Below are positions 9,822 to 19,245 of a DNA stretch of 64,000 bases, piece by piece; within the stretch, counting starts at the first letter, position 1, and each line of letters begins with the position of its first letter. Below the pieces are notes generated by a model. The model was not told where the DNA came from. It searched no databases and saw only the letters and a list, made by a program, of their open reading frames with translations. Source of the DNA: Candidatus Hadarchaeota archaeon (GTDB taxonomy: Archaea > Hadarchaeota > Hadarchaeia > Hadarchaeales > JAWBSP01); the NCBI GenBank assembly GCA_964474885.1, contig CAYYWO010000001.1:82619-146618 (forward strand). The letters are read 5' to 3'. Made by a program: the position numbers and the translations under genes.

Positions 9822-10265
9822 CTACTGAGTAGATGAAGTAGTCCCAAGCTCCTGAGCCGGCTTTATAAGTTCCTCTACCGATACTCCGAGCTCCTTGGCT
9901 CTTTTGACCAGCTCGCTGAGCTGACTTTTTACCCGCTCCTTCTCGTCGGCCTGCAGAGTTTCTTTAGAGAAGGTGAGGTTAATCGTGTCCACGGGTCGGA
10001 GTTCGAAGAGCTCGGCTTTTACCGAAACGGGCACGAATTCGCCCCTCGGCCCCCTTTCGTAAACAAGGGTTATCCTAGCGGGCTTGTCGGCAGCCCCTCT
10101 TTTGTTCATCTCTTCAATCAACGTCGTTACCATTCTTGTCCAAGCACTTCGGCTCTCTTCTTTCACAGCGTCAGGTATGTTTTGATTTAGGAAGGCGTAG
10201 AACCATCTCTTCATCCTGAAAACAGCCCCTTTCCCTGTTGGGGAAATCCTAAATCTTTGTTCCAT
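9822..10265 (-). CDS. Hypothetical protein
   Basis: 147-aa ORF with no recognisable motif. Sits between moeA and gatC. Confidence 0.4.
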   Translation of the reverse strand: MEQRFRISPTGKGAVFRMKRWFYAFLNQNIPDAVKEESRSAWTRMVTTLIEEMNKRGAADKPARITLVYERGPRGEFVPVSVKAELFELRPVDTINLTFSKETLQADEKERVKSQLSELVKRAKELGVSVEELIKPAQELGTTSSTQ

Positions 10266-10315
10266 CTCCTAATATTTTATTGTCCTAAAAATTTTGCTCA
10301 TAAAATAATGTTGGT

Positions 10316-10570
10316 TTGATGGAAAGAAGAGAGGATATCCGTCGCTCGGCTGAGGAGATCCTGCAAGAATTTTTAAGAGTCACAAAAGACCTCCCCCAGC
10401 TGGAGGAGAGCTATTATATAACGGCCCCAAGGGGTTCCCGGTTGCGAGAAGATGCCGAACCCTCTCCAAAGAGCGAACTGGAGGATTTTCGCAAGAGATT
10501 TCTGAGTCTCGCTTCCTGTGACGAACTAGGGAACATCCGTGTTGAGGTGGCAAAGTGGAAGGAACTTTAG
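10316..10570 (+). CDS. gatC: Probable Asp/Glu-tRNA amidotransferase subunit C
   Basis: 84 aa, overlapping the gatA start. C-terminal 'PRGSRLREDAEPSP' resembles the GatC '...LREDxxxPS' tail. Confidence 0.5.
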   Translation: MMERREDIRRSAEEILQEFLRVTKDLPQLEESYYITAPRGSRLREDAEPSPKSELEDFRKRFLSLASCDELGNIRVEVAKWKEL

Positions 10571-11928
10571 AGAAGCTGAAAGCGATAAAACGGGGAGAAA
10601 TCCCGGTCGTCGAGCACGTTCAGCAGCAACTGGAAAGAGTAAAGAAAAGAGACAGATGGCTAAATGCTTTCATTCAGCTGAACCCGAGCGTGCTTCGAGA
10701 GGCTGAGGGGATTCAGAACAAACTCAAAAGAGGCGAGAAAGTAGGTCGCTTGTGCGGACTCACGGTTGGAATAAAATCCAACATAAATGTCAGAGGGCTC
10801 CGGGTTACCTGCGCGTCTAAGACCTTGGAGAATTATGTCTCACCCTTTGATGCCGAGGTGATCAAGCGTCTGAGAGCAGAGGATGCTATTATAATCGGGA
10901 TGCAGAACATGGACGAGTTTGCGTGCGGTTCCAGTGGTGAGACGAGCGCCTTCGGTCCCACCCAAAATCCAAAAGCACCTGGTAGGATCCCAGGGGGCTC
11001 GAGTTCGGGAGGGGCAGCCTCGGTGGCAGATGGTCTCTGTGATTTGAGTCTGGGAACAGATACCGGAGGTTCGATAAGGAATCCTTGTAGCCATTGTGGT
11101 GTAGTCGGTTTGAAGCCCACCTATGGTCTAGTACCGAGGCAGGGACTTATAGATTTGGGGATGAGCTTGGATCAGATAGGCCCAATAGCCCCGGATGTTG
11201 AGGGGGCCGCGCTGCTCATGGAGGTGATCGCGGGTCGTTCTCCAAATGAGTGCGTCATGTTGGGTGTCGAGAGACTCGAATTGCTGAAGCAATTGAATGA
11301 CGACGTCAAAGGAATGAGCATTGGAATAAGCCGGAAATTCGAGGAACTGACGCACCCCGAAATAATGCAAGTTATAGACAAAGGGATTGAAACCCTGCGC
11401 GATTTGGGATGCAAAATTGTAGAAGTCGAGCTTCCTAACTTGGAGAAGGCTCTTTCCGCTTACTACTTGATAGTCTCAGTTGAGTTCTTTTCCGCTACCC
11501 GCAAATTTGATGGCAGGAGATACGGTAAGCGAATTGAGGAGGTGTGCGGGGAGGAGGTGCTGAGGCGAATTCTCAGGGGGGCTTACATCAGCAAAAAAGA
11601 GTACAAGGGAAAGTACTACCAGCGCGCTCTCCAGGTTCGTACTCTGATAAGGAAAGAACTCATTGCAGCTCTCTCAAAAGTAGATGTTATAGTGGGACCT
11701 ACTGTACCGAAACTTCCTCACAATTTGGGAGAGAAACTGACGGTCAGTGAAATGTATTCCTACGACTATCTCACGGTGCCTGTCAACCTAGCAGGAATTT
11801 GTGCTGGTGTTGTACCAGCAGGTGAAACCCAAGGTATACCCGTTGGCCTGCAAGTAATAGGAAAACCCCTGAGTGAACAGCAAGTGTTGAAGATCATGAG
11901 AGCATTTGAAAGATGCAGATCAGGATAG
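10555..11928 (+). CDS. gatA: Glutamyl/aspartyl-tRNA amidotransferase subunit A
   Basis: 457 aa. Amidase signature 'GGSSSGGAASVA', 'GTDTGGSIR'. Confidence 0.92.
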   Translation: MEGTLEKLKAIKRGEIPVVEHVQQQLERVKKRDRWLNAFIQLNPSVLREAEGIQNKLKRGEKVGRLCGLTVGIKSNINVRGLRVTCASKTLENYVSPFDAEVIKRLRAEDAIIIGMQNMDEFACGSSGETSAFGPTQNPKAPGRIPGGSSSGGAASVADGLCDLSLGTDTGGSIRNPCSHCGVVGLKPTYGLVPRQGLIDLGMSLDQIGPIAPDVEGAALLMEVIAGRSPNECVMLGVERLELLKQLNDDVKGMSIGISRKFEELTHPEIMQVIDKGIETLRDLGCKIVEVELPNLEKALSAYYLIVSVEFFSATRKFDGRRYGKRIEEVCGEEVLRRILRGAYISKKEYKGKYYQRALQVRTLIRKELIAALSKVDVIVGPTVPKLPHNLGEKLTVSEMYSYDYLTVPVNLAGICAGVVPAGETQGIPVGLQVIGKPLSEQQVLKIMRAFERCRSG

Positions 11929-13289
11929 GTTTCGAGATCCACCAACAGTTGGCAACTAAAAGGAAGCTTTTCTGCAATTGTCCGACGGATTACCGGGATG
12001 CGCCTCCAAACTCAAATGTATGCCCGATCTGCACGGGCATGCCTGGTGCCAAACCTCTTCCTCCGAACAGAAAGGCAGTGGAGGCGGCAATAGAAATAGG
12101 GCTGATTCTGGGCTGTCAGGTGATAACCGATAAGGAAATCTACATCCTAAGGAAGCACTATGACTACCCCGATCTCCCCTCTGGTTATCAGAGGACAAGT
12201 CAGCCCATAGCCGTGAATGGCAGTCTGGAGGGTGTTAGAATAAGGGAAGTACACCTGGAAGAAGATCCAGGTCAGTACAATCCAGAGCGTGGTGTGGTTG
12301 ACTTCAACCGCTCAGGCATTCCGCTCGTTGAAATAGTGACGGAACCCGACATAACTTCCCCAGAACAGGCGAGGAACTTCTTGAAGGCCCTCTGCAGAAC
12401 TCTGGAGTACACGGGGAAAGTGAGGCCGGAAGCTGGAGGAGCTGTTAGGGCTGATGTCAACATCTCGTTGGAGGGCGGGGGGAGAGTGGAGATTAAAAAC
12501 ATAAACTCAATCCATGGAGCCTACCGCGCGCTGAAGTTTGAGATCATGAGGCAGAAAACCTTGCTGGAAAGGGGTGAACAAGTGAAAAGAGAGACGCGAG
12601 CGTATTTGGAGGGCCAGATGATAACAGTCCCCATGAGGAAAAAAGAGTGGGAGGAAGATTACAGGTACATACCGGATCCAGACCTTTATCCCCTGCTGAT
12701 CGATCAGCCGACAGTCGACCGGATAAAATCCAGCATGCCGGAGCCCCCACACCTCCGGTGTCAGCGCCTAGTCCGCGAATTTAACATTCCGCAGCATGTG
12801 GCTGAGGTTATCGTAAGCGAGAAAGCACTAGCGGACATGTACGAAGAAACGGCTAAGCAGGTGAACCCCCAGTTGGCGGCAAAATGGTTCAGGACAAAGC
12901 TCAAGAAAGTTTTAAACTACATGAGACTCTTGGCGGAGGAAGTCCCTTTCTCCACGCAACAGTTGATTCAATTGCTCAAAATGGTTGAGGGGGGAGAGGT
13001 AACTCCTGAGCAGGGGGAACTCATCCTGAGAAGGTTGGCTGAAAGCCCCAAAGATCCCCGTGAACTCGCTAAGGAAATGGGTTTCCAGCTCCTCGCTCCT
13101 TCCCAGCTGATTGAAATAGTTGACCAGGTGATAAATGAAAATCCAGCAGCCGTGAAGGACTACAAGAGTGGAAAGAAGGAAGCCCTACATTTCCTCGTGG
13201 GACAGATTATGAGGCGGGCGAGGATGAGGGCAGATCCTAGAGAGATCTCGAGATTACTTATAGAGAAGATAGCAACCTCTGAATTTTGA
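11913..13289 (+). CDS. gatB: Glutamyl/aspartyl-tRNA amidotransferase subunit B
   Basis: 458 aa. 'IGFEIHQQLATKRKLFCNCPT' GatB N-terminus, C-terminal GatB/YqeY domain. Confidence 0.92.
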   Translation: MQIRIGFEIHQQLATKRKLFCNCPTDYRDAPPNSNVCPICTGMPGAKPLPPNRKAVEAAIEIGLILGCQVITDKEIYILRKHYDYPDLPSGYQRTSQPIAVNGSLEGVRIREVHLEEDPGQYNPERGVVDFNRSGIPLVEIVTEPDITSPEQARNFLKALCRTLEYTGKVRPEAGGAVRADVNISLEGGGRVEIKNINSIHGAYRALKFEIMRQKTLLERGEQVKRETRAYLEGQMITVPMRKKEWEEDYRYIPDPDLYPLLIDQPTVDRIKSSMPEPPHLRCQRLVREFNIPQHVAEVIVSEKALADMYEETAKQVNPQLAAKWFRTKLKKVLNYMRLLAEEVPFSTQQLIQLLKMVEGGEVTPEQGELILRRLAESPKDPRELAKEMGFQLLAPSQLIEIVDQVINENPAAVKDYKSGKKEALHFLVGQIMRRARMRADPREISRLLIEKIATSEF

Positions 13290-13996
13290 CCGATCCCTCT
13301 CATCTGAAGCAGAAAATAAGAGAGGAAATTTGGGGGAGGTTGGAGAGAGAAGGTGTTGCGACTTTTCCTAAACCCGTTAGAGGTAAGATTCCCAACTTCA
13401 GGGGTAGCGAGGAAGCCGCCCGTATCCTCTGCAATCACCGTTTTTACAGGACTGCTGATGTCGTCTTCGTGAACCCAGACTCTCCCCAACTCGCCGTTAG
13501 GGAGGCAGTGTTGCGTGATGGAAAACAGCTCGTGATGGCCTCTCCCAGACTCAGGCGGGGCTTCTTGAGGGTACGCGCTCGGGGTGATATCCGTTTTGCG
13601 TCTACTATCCGTGGGGCGATGAGGATGGGGGAGAAGGTGGATCCGGCGGAAATCCGGGTCGACCTGATGGTAGAAGGTTCGGTTGCCGTTGATAGGCGAG
13701 GCGGAAGGATGGGAAAGGGCGGAGGTTTTGGTGATTTGGAGTATGCAATTCTGGCTCAAGTTAACGCGGTCTCAAATGAAACACCGATAGCTACCACAGT
13801 TCATGAGCTCCAGATAGTAGACAGGATACCGATGCTACCGCATGATGTTCCAGTGGATCTCATCGTAACCCCCAGAAATTTCCTCGAAACTCCCAAACTT
13901 TACGACAAACCACCAGGGATTTTTTGGGAAAGGGTCAGTGAGAAAATGCTTCAGGAAATCCCATTGCTCCGTGAGATGAGGAAAAAGAAAGAATAA
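13286..13996 (+). CDS. 5-formyltetrahydrofolate cyclo-ligase family protein (divergent paralogue)
   Basis: 236 aa. 'VDLMVEGSVAVDRRGGRMGKGGGFGDLEY' corresponds to the 5-FCL 'GxGYYDR' region. 4-nt overlap with gatB. Confidence 0.65.
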   Translation: MTDPSHLKQKIREEIWGRLEREGVATFPKPVRGKIPNFRGSEEAARILCNHRFYRTADVVFVNPDSPQLAVREAVLRDGKQLVMASPRLRRGFLRVRARGDIRFASTIRGAMRMGEKVDPAEIRVDLMVEGSVAVDRRGGRMGKGGGFGDLEYAILAQVNAVSNETPIATTVHELQIVDRIPMLPHDVPVDLIVTPRNFLETPKLYDKPPGIFWERVSEKMLQEIPLLREMRKKKE

Positions 13997-14012
13997 TGTA
14001 CTTCCCATTTGC

Positions 14013-15221
14013 TTGATGCTTGACGTAGACGAAGTCCGAAGAGACTTCCCGATCCTTAAATCTGGACTCGTTTATCTCGATAACGCCGCTAGCACCCTAA
14101 CACCAGAGCGGGTTCTGCAGAAAATGTTGGAGTACTACCGGTCTTATCGCGCAAATGTTTTCAGAGGGGTTCACAGCCTCTCGAGACGGGCAACAGAGGA
14201 ATATGAACAGACGAGAGAGGAGGTACGCAAATTCATCAATGCCCGACATGTGGAGGAAATAATTTTTGTGAAGAATACCACGGAGGGCATTAATTGTGTG
14301 GCTAGGGGCCTCTCGTGGGAAAGGGGGGATCGAATAGTTTCAACTATATTGGAACACCACTCAAACTTGGTTCCATGGCAAAGGGTTGTAAGGGATCATG
14401 GGGTCGAGTTAAAGCTCGTGAGGCCTGACCGGCAAGGATACTTCCAGATGGGGGACTTCGAAGAGGCGATAGACGAACGAACGAGATTGGTGGCGATCAG
14501 TCACGTGTCAAATGTTCTGGGTTGCCGCCTCCCAGTTGAGCAGGTGGCTAGGATAGCGAGGGAGAGGGGCGCCCTTTTGCTTGTAGACGGGGCACAATCG
14601 GTGCCGCACATGCCTGTAGATGTACAGGAACTAAAATGCGACTTCCTCGTTTTCTCGGGGCACAAAATGCTGGGCCCAACAGGGGTGGGAGTTCTATACG
14701 TCCGGAAGGAAGTGCAGGAAGGGCTCGAACCGCTCACAACGGGTGGCGGGATGGTCGAAGATGTGGGAGAAAATTGTTACAGTCCGCTACCAGGACCTCA
14801 TCGTTACGAAGCTGGAACGCCCCCCATAGCTGAGGTCATCGGGCTAGGCGAAGCTATTAGATATCTGCAGGAGATTGGACTCCAAAACGTGGCGGCACAC
14901 GAGAAGAAGCTCACACGGGAGATGTTGTCACTTCTACTCGAATTGGGTGTTGAGGTGTATGGACCGATGAAGCCGGAGGATAGGATAGGTTTGCTCTCTT
15001 TCAATTTGAAGGGCGTGGATCCACATCAGGTGGCTTTGGCTTTGGATCGAAGGAGCATCATTGTGAGATCTGGACACCACTGTGCAATACCTCTACACAC
15101 CCGTCTCCTCAAGGCTCCAAGAGGAAGTGTTCGAGCTTCGGTTTATCTTTACAACGGCCTCCAAGACGTTGAGAGTTTAATTGATGCCTTGGGGAAAGTA
15201 GGTGCTCCGGCCGGGATTTGA
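14013..15221 (+). CDS. sufS: Cysteine desulfurase (SufS/Csd, class V aminotransferase)
   Basis: 402 aa. 'LDNAASTLTPE', PLP-lysine region 'SGHKMLGPTGVGVLYV'. Confidence 0.88.
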   Translation: MMLDVDEVRRDFPILKSGLVYLDNAASTLTPERVLQKMLEYYRSYRANVFRGVHSLSRRATEEYEQTREEVRKFINARHVEEIIFVKNTTEGINCVARGLSWERGDRIVSTILEHHSNLVPWQRVVRDHGVELKLVRPDRQGYFQMGDFEEAIDERTRLVAISHVSNVLGCRLPVEQVARIARERGALLLVDGAQSVPHMPVDVQELKCDFLVFSGHKMLGPTGVGVLYVRKEVQEGLEPLTTGGGMVEDVGENCYSPLPGPHRYEAGTPPIAEVIGLGEAIRYLQEIGLQNVAAHEKKLTREMLSLLLELGVEVYGPMKPEDRIGLLSFNLKGVDPHQVALALDRRSIIVRSGHHCAIPLHTRLLKAPRGSVRASVYLYNGLQDVESLIDALGKVGAPAGI

Positions 15222-15277
15222 ACCCGGGGCGCGAGCTCGAGAGGCTCGCATGTTTGGCCGGGCTACACCACCGGAGC
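15203..15277 (-). tRNA. tRNA-Glu (anticodon CTC)
   Basis: Hand-folded cloverleaf: acceptor GCTCCGG/CCGGAGC, anticodon loop CTCTCGA, T-arm CCGGG-TTCAAAT-CCCGG, A73. 3' end overlaps the last 19 nt of sufS in antisense. Confidence 0.85.
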
Positions 15278-15309
15278 ATCTTTAATTTTGAATCTCTTAC
15301 TCATATCTA

Positions 15310-15384
15310 CGGGCCCGGAGGGATTCGAACCCTCGATCTGCGGCTTAGGACGCCGCCGCCCTGTCCTGGCTAGGCCACGGGCCC
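15310..15384 (-). tRNA. tRNA-Arg (anticodon CCT)
   Basis: Cloverleaf: acceptor GGGCCCG/CGGGCCC, anticodon stem GCGGC/GCCGC, loop GTCCTAA, T-arm GAGGG-TTCGAAT-CCCTC, G73. Position 32 = G is atypical. Confidence 0.75.
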
Positions 15385-15410
15385 CATCACAATCCTTTTA
15401 AGCACATAAA

Positions 15411-15761
15411 ATGAGATGCGTAAGCATGGGCATAGCAAGAGCATTGGGGGCAGCATTGTTCATTGTTTGCGCAGTGATAATAGTGTTGTACGCGATCTAT
15501 CTGACAACTTCTCTCTGGGACTTCATAGACGAGTACGTACCCAGCTGGTTACGGGGAGCTCGCAACTGGCCCCTGTGGATCGGTGTACCAGTGATAATAG
15601 GAGTTTGGGCGGTCTGCGGCATTGGCGCTTGGTTAGGATGGATAATGGCAACCACTAAAGAACCCGCACCGATTCCAGAAGTTACTGAGGAGAAGAAGGA
15701 GGAAGAAGAAAAGGTAGAAGTAAGAAAGGAGAAACCCGCTAGAGGAAGAAAGAGGAAGTAG
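15411..15761 (+). CDS. Small membrane protein with Lys/Glu-rich C-terminal tail
   Basis: 116 aa, two predicted TM segments, then 'TEEKKEEEEKVEVRKEKPARGRKRK'. Directly upstream of the STT3-like gene. Confidence 0.5.
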   Translation: MRCVSMGIARALGAALFIVCAVIIVLYAIYLTTSLWDFIDEYVPSWLRGARNWPLWIGVPVIIGVWAVCGIGAWLGWIMATTKEPAPIPEVTEEKKEEEEKVEVRKEKPARGRKRK

Positions 15762-15778
15762 TCCAGTCGCCCCCAATT

Positions 15779-18019
15779 TTGATGAAGGTAAACTACAGGC
15801 GCTGGGCTATTTTAACATACTTAGGTTTCCTTATTTTCTTCTCCTTTCACGTCCTCCTGATACCTGGCGAGAAGTACAAGGTCTTAACGACTTCTGACTC
15901 GGGCTTTTTTGCAGGCATAGCTGAGGAGATAGACTCAGCCAATCATCTGGTGGACAGGTATTGGAGGTCACATGCACCCACCGGCTGGCCCTTGAGAGTA
16001 CAGGATCAGGGTCAACCTCTTCTTACCGTGATGCTTTATAGAGGCCTCTCAGCAGTCTTTCCGGGAATAGAGCTTATGGATGTCATAAACTACTGGGCCC
16101 CCCTCATGTTCGCCGTCTTTTTAATTGGAGTCTTCTTAGCTGCAAGGGAGCTGGGGGGTGATGTAGCGGGATTGGCAGCTGTTTTCTTCGCGAGTGTAAT
16201 GATATCGAGTATCTATTGGTTCAAATTTTCGGCTTATGATAGAGAATGTCTGACCCAGGCATTGTCTGCTTGGATAATCTACCTCGCAATTCTAACCATT
16301 AAGCGATCCAGTGTCGGCATGGGGGTGCTAACAGGTTTGGTTCTCTCAATTCTTGCTCTCAGCTGGCCCGGGTGGCTCTACCTAACACCCATAATTCTGG
16401 GTGCTCTGCTGCTTCCTCTCTTGTACGACTTTTTTAAGGAGGTGGTGCTCACGAGGAGGTTTGTGAGTTCCTTGATCAGAGCATTCTTAAATAACTGGAG
16501 AGTGATCGTGTCAGTCATCGTCATATTTGGGGTGGTGACGGCGCTATGCACATCTTTGGGAGAGCCTCCGAACTGGATTGGTTTTGCTCAGGTATTAGCT
16601 TCCTATGTCGGGCTGAGTGGTGGCGGAGGCCCCGCACTTCGAGCGAGATATGCTTCCGAAATGGTAGCTCCCCATTCTTTTTCTGAGGTAATGTACTCCT
16701 TTTATCGTCCAGTATACAGGAACTCGACAGCCGTTACAATCCAGGAGGTTCTGACGAGGTTTCTTTACTTTTCGATCTTCTTGGGGGTATGCAGAGTCCT
16801 CTGGACTAGGAGGAGATGGGAGTGGATCATAATCCCCTGGCTGATAATCCTCATGGGCCTAGTTTGGCCCGGGAAAGGTCAGGCTAGATTCGAGCGCCAG
16901 TGGTGGCCTTTTGTTGCTGTAGTTATGGGCCTTGCCGTGAGTACACTTTGGTGGGGGGTGAAGAAGCTGAGCCAAGAGTGGGGCTTCTCGCCTCACTATT
17001 TCCGTCCCCTACCCGTTCTATTGCTTCTCCTGTTTGTTCCCTTAGGTCAGAATGCGATTGCTCAAGCAGAGCATACAGCTCCGCCAACTGAGTGGGCAGG
17101 CCCAGGCTTTGATCAAGCGTACATTGAAGCATGCGAATGGCTCGAGAACAACACACCTGTGGACTCTGTGGTGGCAGTCGAGTGGTCCTATGGGCATCTA
17201 TTCTCCGGGGCTTCGAAACGCAGAACCGTGTGCGATGGTGTAGAAGCACTGGGACGGGAGGGCGTGTGGGAGAACAAATCCGAGATAAAACCACCGGATT
17301 ACATTTACCGGGTAGAGGGAGACAGGGCGTATATTTATGGTGTTGACATAGGAGGCGCCCTCTGGACTCTAGCACCATATAAAGTATACGGCAGGAGGAC
17401 AGATGTCCTAAGAATCCGGTACATGGACAGCGATGAGTTGAGATGGTGGTTAGAAACTTATCGGGACAACTGGGGTGTAAAAATCGATTATATCGTTCTG
17501 GACATGTGGGACTGGTGGTTGGCTTCCCGGATTGAGCAGCACAGGGCCTATTACTTGACCGCTGGTTTCGGTTCGTCACCCCTAAGGATAATAAGCTCAG
17601 TTTCAATTGAGAACCAGGATAGTATCCTTCTCCTACATTTCGGCGAAAACAGGGAGAACATAGTGATAAATACGACCACCCACCAGGTTTACCTGGCTAG
17701 GCAAGGGGCACCAGATCTGTTAATGGATGGTTACATCGATGTAATAGCGGATTCAAGAGGGAACATCCTTTCCTCTCAATACCATAAGTCCCCTAGGTTA
17801 CCTGAGGTGCCGGAAACGGTGATCCTGCTTAGGGTGCAGGGGCAAGGCATAACATCTGCTGCCCTGTATCCGTCTAGGAGAGAGGAAATAGAGCACAGAG
17901 GACCCTGTGTAGGTACGTACATGTATGCCGAAAACCTACCTGATTATTTAGAGCGAGTTTTCCTGAGTTCGAACGGTCTAGTTGCCCTCTTCAAAGTAGA
18001 TTGGGCCAAGTTAACCTGA
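15779..18019 (+). CDS. Polytopic membrane protein, possible STT3/AglB-family oligosaccharyltransferase (divergent)
   Basis: 746 aa. About 13 TM helices in N-terminal 450 aa, then a soluble C-terminal domain. 'DSVVAVEWSYGHLFSG' aligns by eye with the AglB 'DxVxxSWWDYGY' region, but WWDYG is replaced by EWSYG. Confidence 0.4.
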   Translation: MMKVNYRRWAILTYLGFLIFFSFHVLLIPGEKYKVLTTSDSGFFAGIAEEIDSANHLVDRYWRSHAPTGWPLRVQDQGQPLLTVMLYRGLSAVFPGIELMDVINYWAPLMFAVFLIGVFLAARELGGDVAGLAAVFFASVMISSIYWFKFSAYDRECLTQALSAWIIYLAILTIKRSSVGMGVLTGLVLSILALSWPGWLYLTPIILGALLLPLLYDFFKEVVLTRRFVSSLIRAFLNNWRVIVSVIVIFGVVTALCTSLGEPPNWIGFAQVLASYVGLSGGGGPALRARYASEMVAPHSFSEVMYSFYRPVYRNSTAVTIQEVLTRFLYFSIFLGVCRVLWTRRRWEWIIIPWLIILMGLVWPGKGQARFERQWWPFVAVVMGLAVSTLWWGVKKLSQEWGFSPHYFRPLPVLLLLLFVPLGQNAIAQAEHTAPPTEWAGPGFDQAYIEACEWLENNTPVDSVVAVEWSYGHLFSGASKRRTVCDGVEALGREGVWENKSEIKPPDYIYRVEGDRAYIYGVDIGGALWTLAPYKVYGRRTDVLRIRYMDSDELRWWLETYRDNWGVKIDYIVLDMWDWWLASRIEQHRAYYLTAGFGSSPLRIISSVSIENQDSILLLHFGENRENIVINTTTHQVYLARQGAPDLLMDGYIDVIADSRGNILSSQYHKSPRLPEVPETVILLRVQGQGITSAALYPSRREEIEHRGPCVGTYMYAENLPDYLERVFLSSNGLVALFKVDWAKLT

Positions 18020-19245
18020 TGCAGAGGCCAAAAGGTACGCGGGATCTGTTTGGCCCCGAGCTCCTAGCTCGATATCGTGTTCTGGAGGTTTTGAGAGGTA
18101 CTTTCAGGAGATACTGTTTCAAGGAAGTTGAAACTCCAGTTTTTGAGTATCTGGAGCTTTTCACAGTAAAGAGTGGTCAGACGATCGTCAACCAGCTATA
18201 CAGCTTCAAGGACAAATCCGGTAGAGATTTGGCTTTGAGACCAGAGCTCACAGCACCGGTGATGAGACTGTATATTCAAAAGCTGAGATCCGAGCCCAAA
18301 CCCGTCAAGTTATGTTACACCGGAAACTGCTTCAGATATGAAGAGCCGCAAGCAGGCAGATGGAGGCAGTTCTTACAGGCAGGAGCAGAAATAATCGGAA
18401 GCTCTCTCCCTTCATCGGATGCAGAGATAATTAGTATGGCAGACCAAGTTTTTACTGAGCTCGGAATTCGTGCAGAACTTGTTGTGGGTCATCTCCTTCC
18501 CTTGAGGAGTTTCCTTTCATCACTGGGATTGGATGGCTCCCAACAGGATCGTTTGCTGAGGGCTATTGACTCTGGGGACGAGCAGAGGTTGCAGAAAGAG
18601 TTGGATTCTTTGCCGGCAGACGAGACGGACAGGAACAGGTTGAGGGAACTCATAGGACTCAGAGGAGGGAGACAGACGATAGGAAAAGCCAGAGAGCTCG
18701 TAAAACTCCCCCAGGCAACAAGAGGCTTGGATAATCTTGCGGAGGTACTAGATATAATCGAGGACCTTGGAATAAGGTACACAGTAAACTTGGGTCTGGC
18801 TAGGGGCTTGGACTACTATACCGGATGTGTCTTTGAGTTCTATGCGGGCGGATGGCAGGTAGCTGGGGGCGGTAGGTATGATAATCTAATCGAGCTACTG
18901 GGAGGAGAACCTACTCCTGCGGTCGGGATCGGTTTCGGGGTGGACAGGATGGCAAGATTCATCGAGCCCCCAGAAGAGGATGCGCCAGAGTTTATGATCT
19001 TGCCCGTTAGTCGGGAAGAGATGGGGCTTTGTATGAAGATAGCACGTGAGCTGCGTTTGAAGGGAAGGAGAGCGGAAGTGGAGTTGTTGGGAAGGAAACT
19101 TTCCAAAGGTTTGGAATTCGCTAATACTAGAGGGGTTAGAAAGGTGATAATCGTTGGAAAGAGAGATTTACAGCATGGTATGGTCACAGTAAGAGATATG
19201 CGATCTGGTGAGCAAAAAACCGTCCGCCTAGAGGAGCTTATTTAG
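18001..19245 (+). CDS. hisS: Histidyl-tRNA synthetase
   Basis: 414 aa. Class II motifs 'FRYEEPQAGRWRQF' and 'GGGRYDNL', C-terminal anticodon-binding domain. Confidence 0.9.
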   Translation: MGQVNLMQRPKGTRDLFGPELLARYRVLEVLRGTFRRYCFKEVETPVFEYLELFTVKSGQTIVNQLYSFKDKSGRDLALRPELTAPVMRLYIQKLRSEPKPVKLCYTGNCFRYEEPQAGRWRQFLQAGAEIIGSSLPSSDAEIISMADQVFTELGIRAELVVGHLLPLRSFLSSLGLDGSQQDRLLRAIDSGDEQRLQKELDSLPADETDRNRLRELIGLRGGRQTIGKARELVKLPQATRGLDNLAEVLDIIEDLGIRYTVNLGLARGLDYYTGCVFEFYAGGWQVAGGGRYDNLIELLGGEPTPAVGIGFGVDRMARFIEPPEEDAPEFMILPVSREEMGLCMKIARELRLKGRRAEVELLGRKLSKGLEFANTRGVRKVIIVGKRDLQHGMVTVRDMRSGEQKTVRLEELI

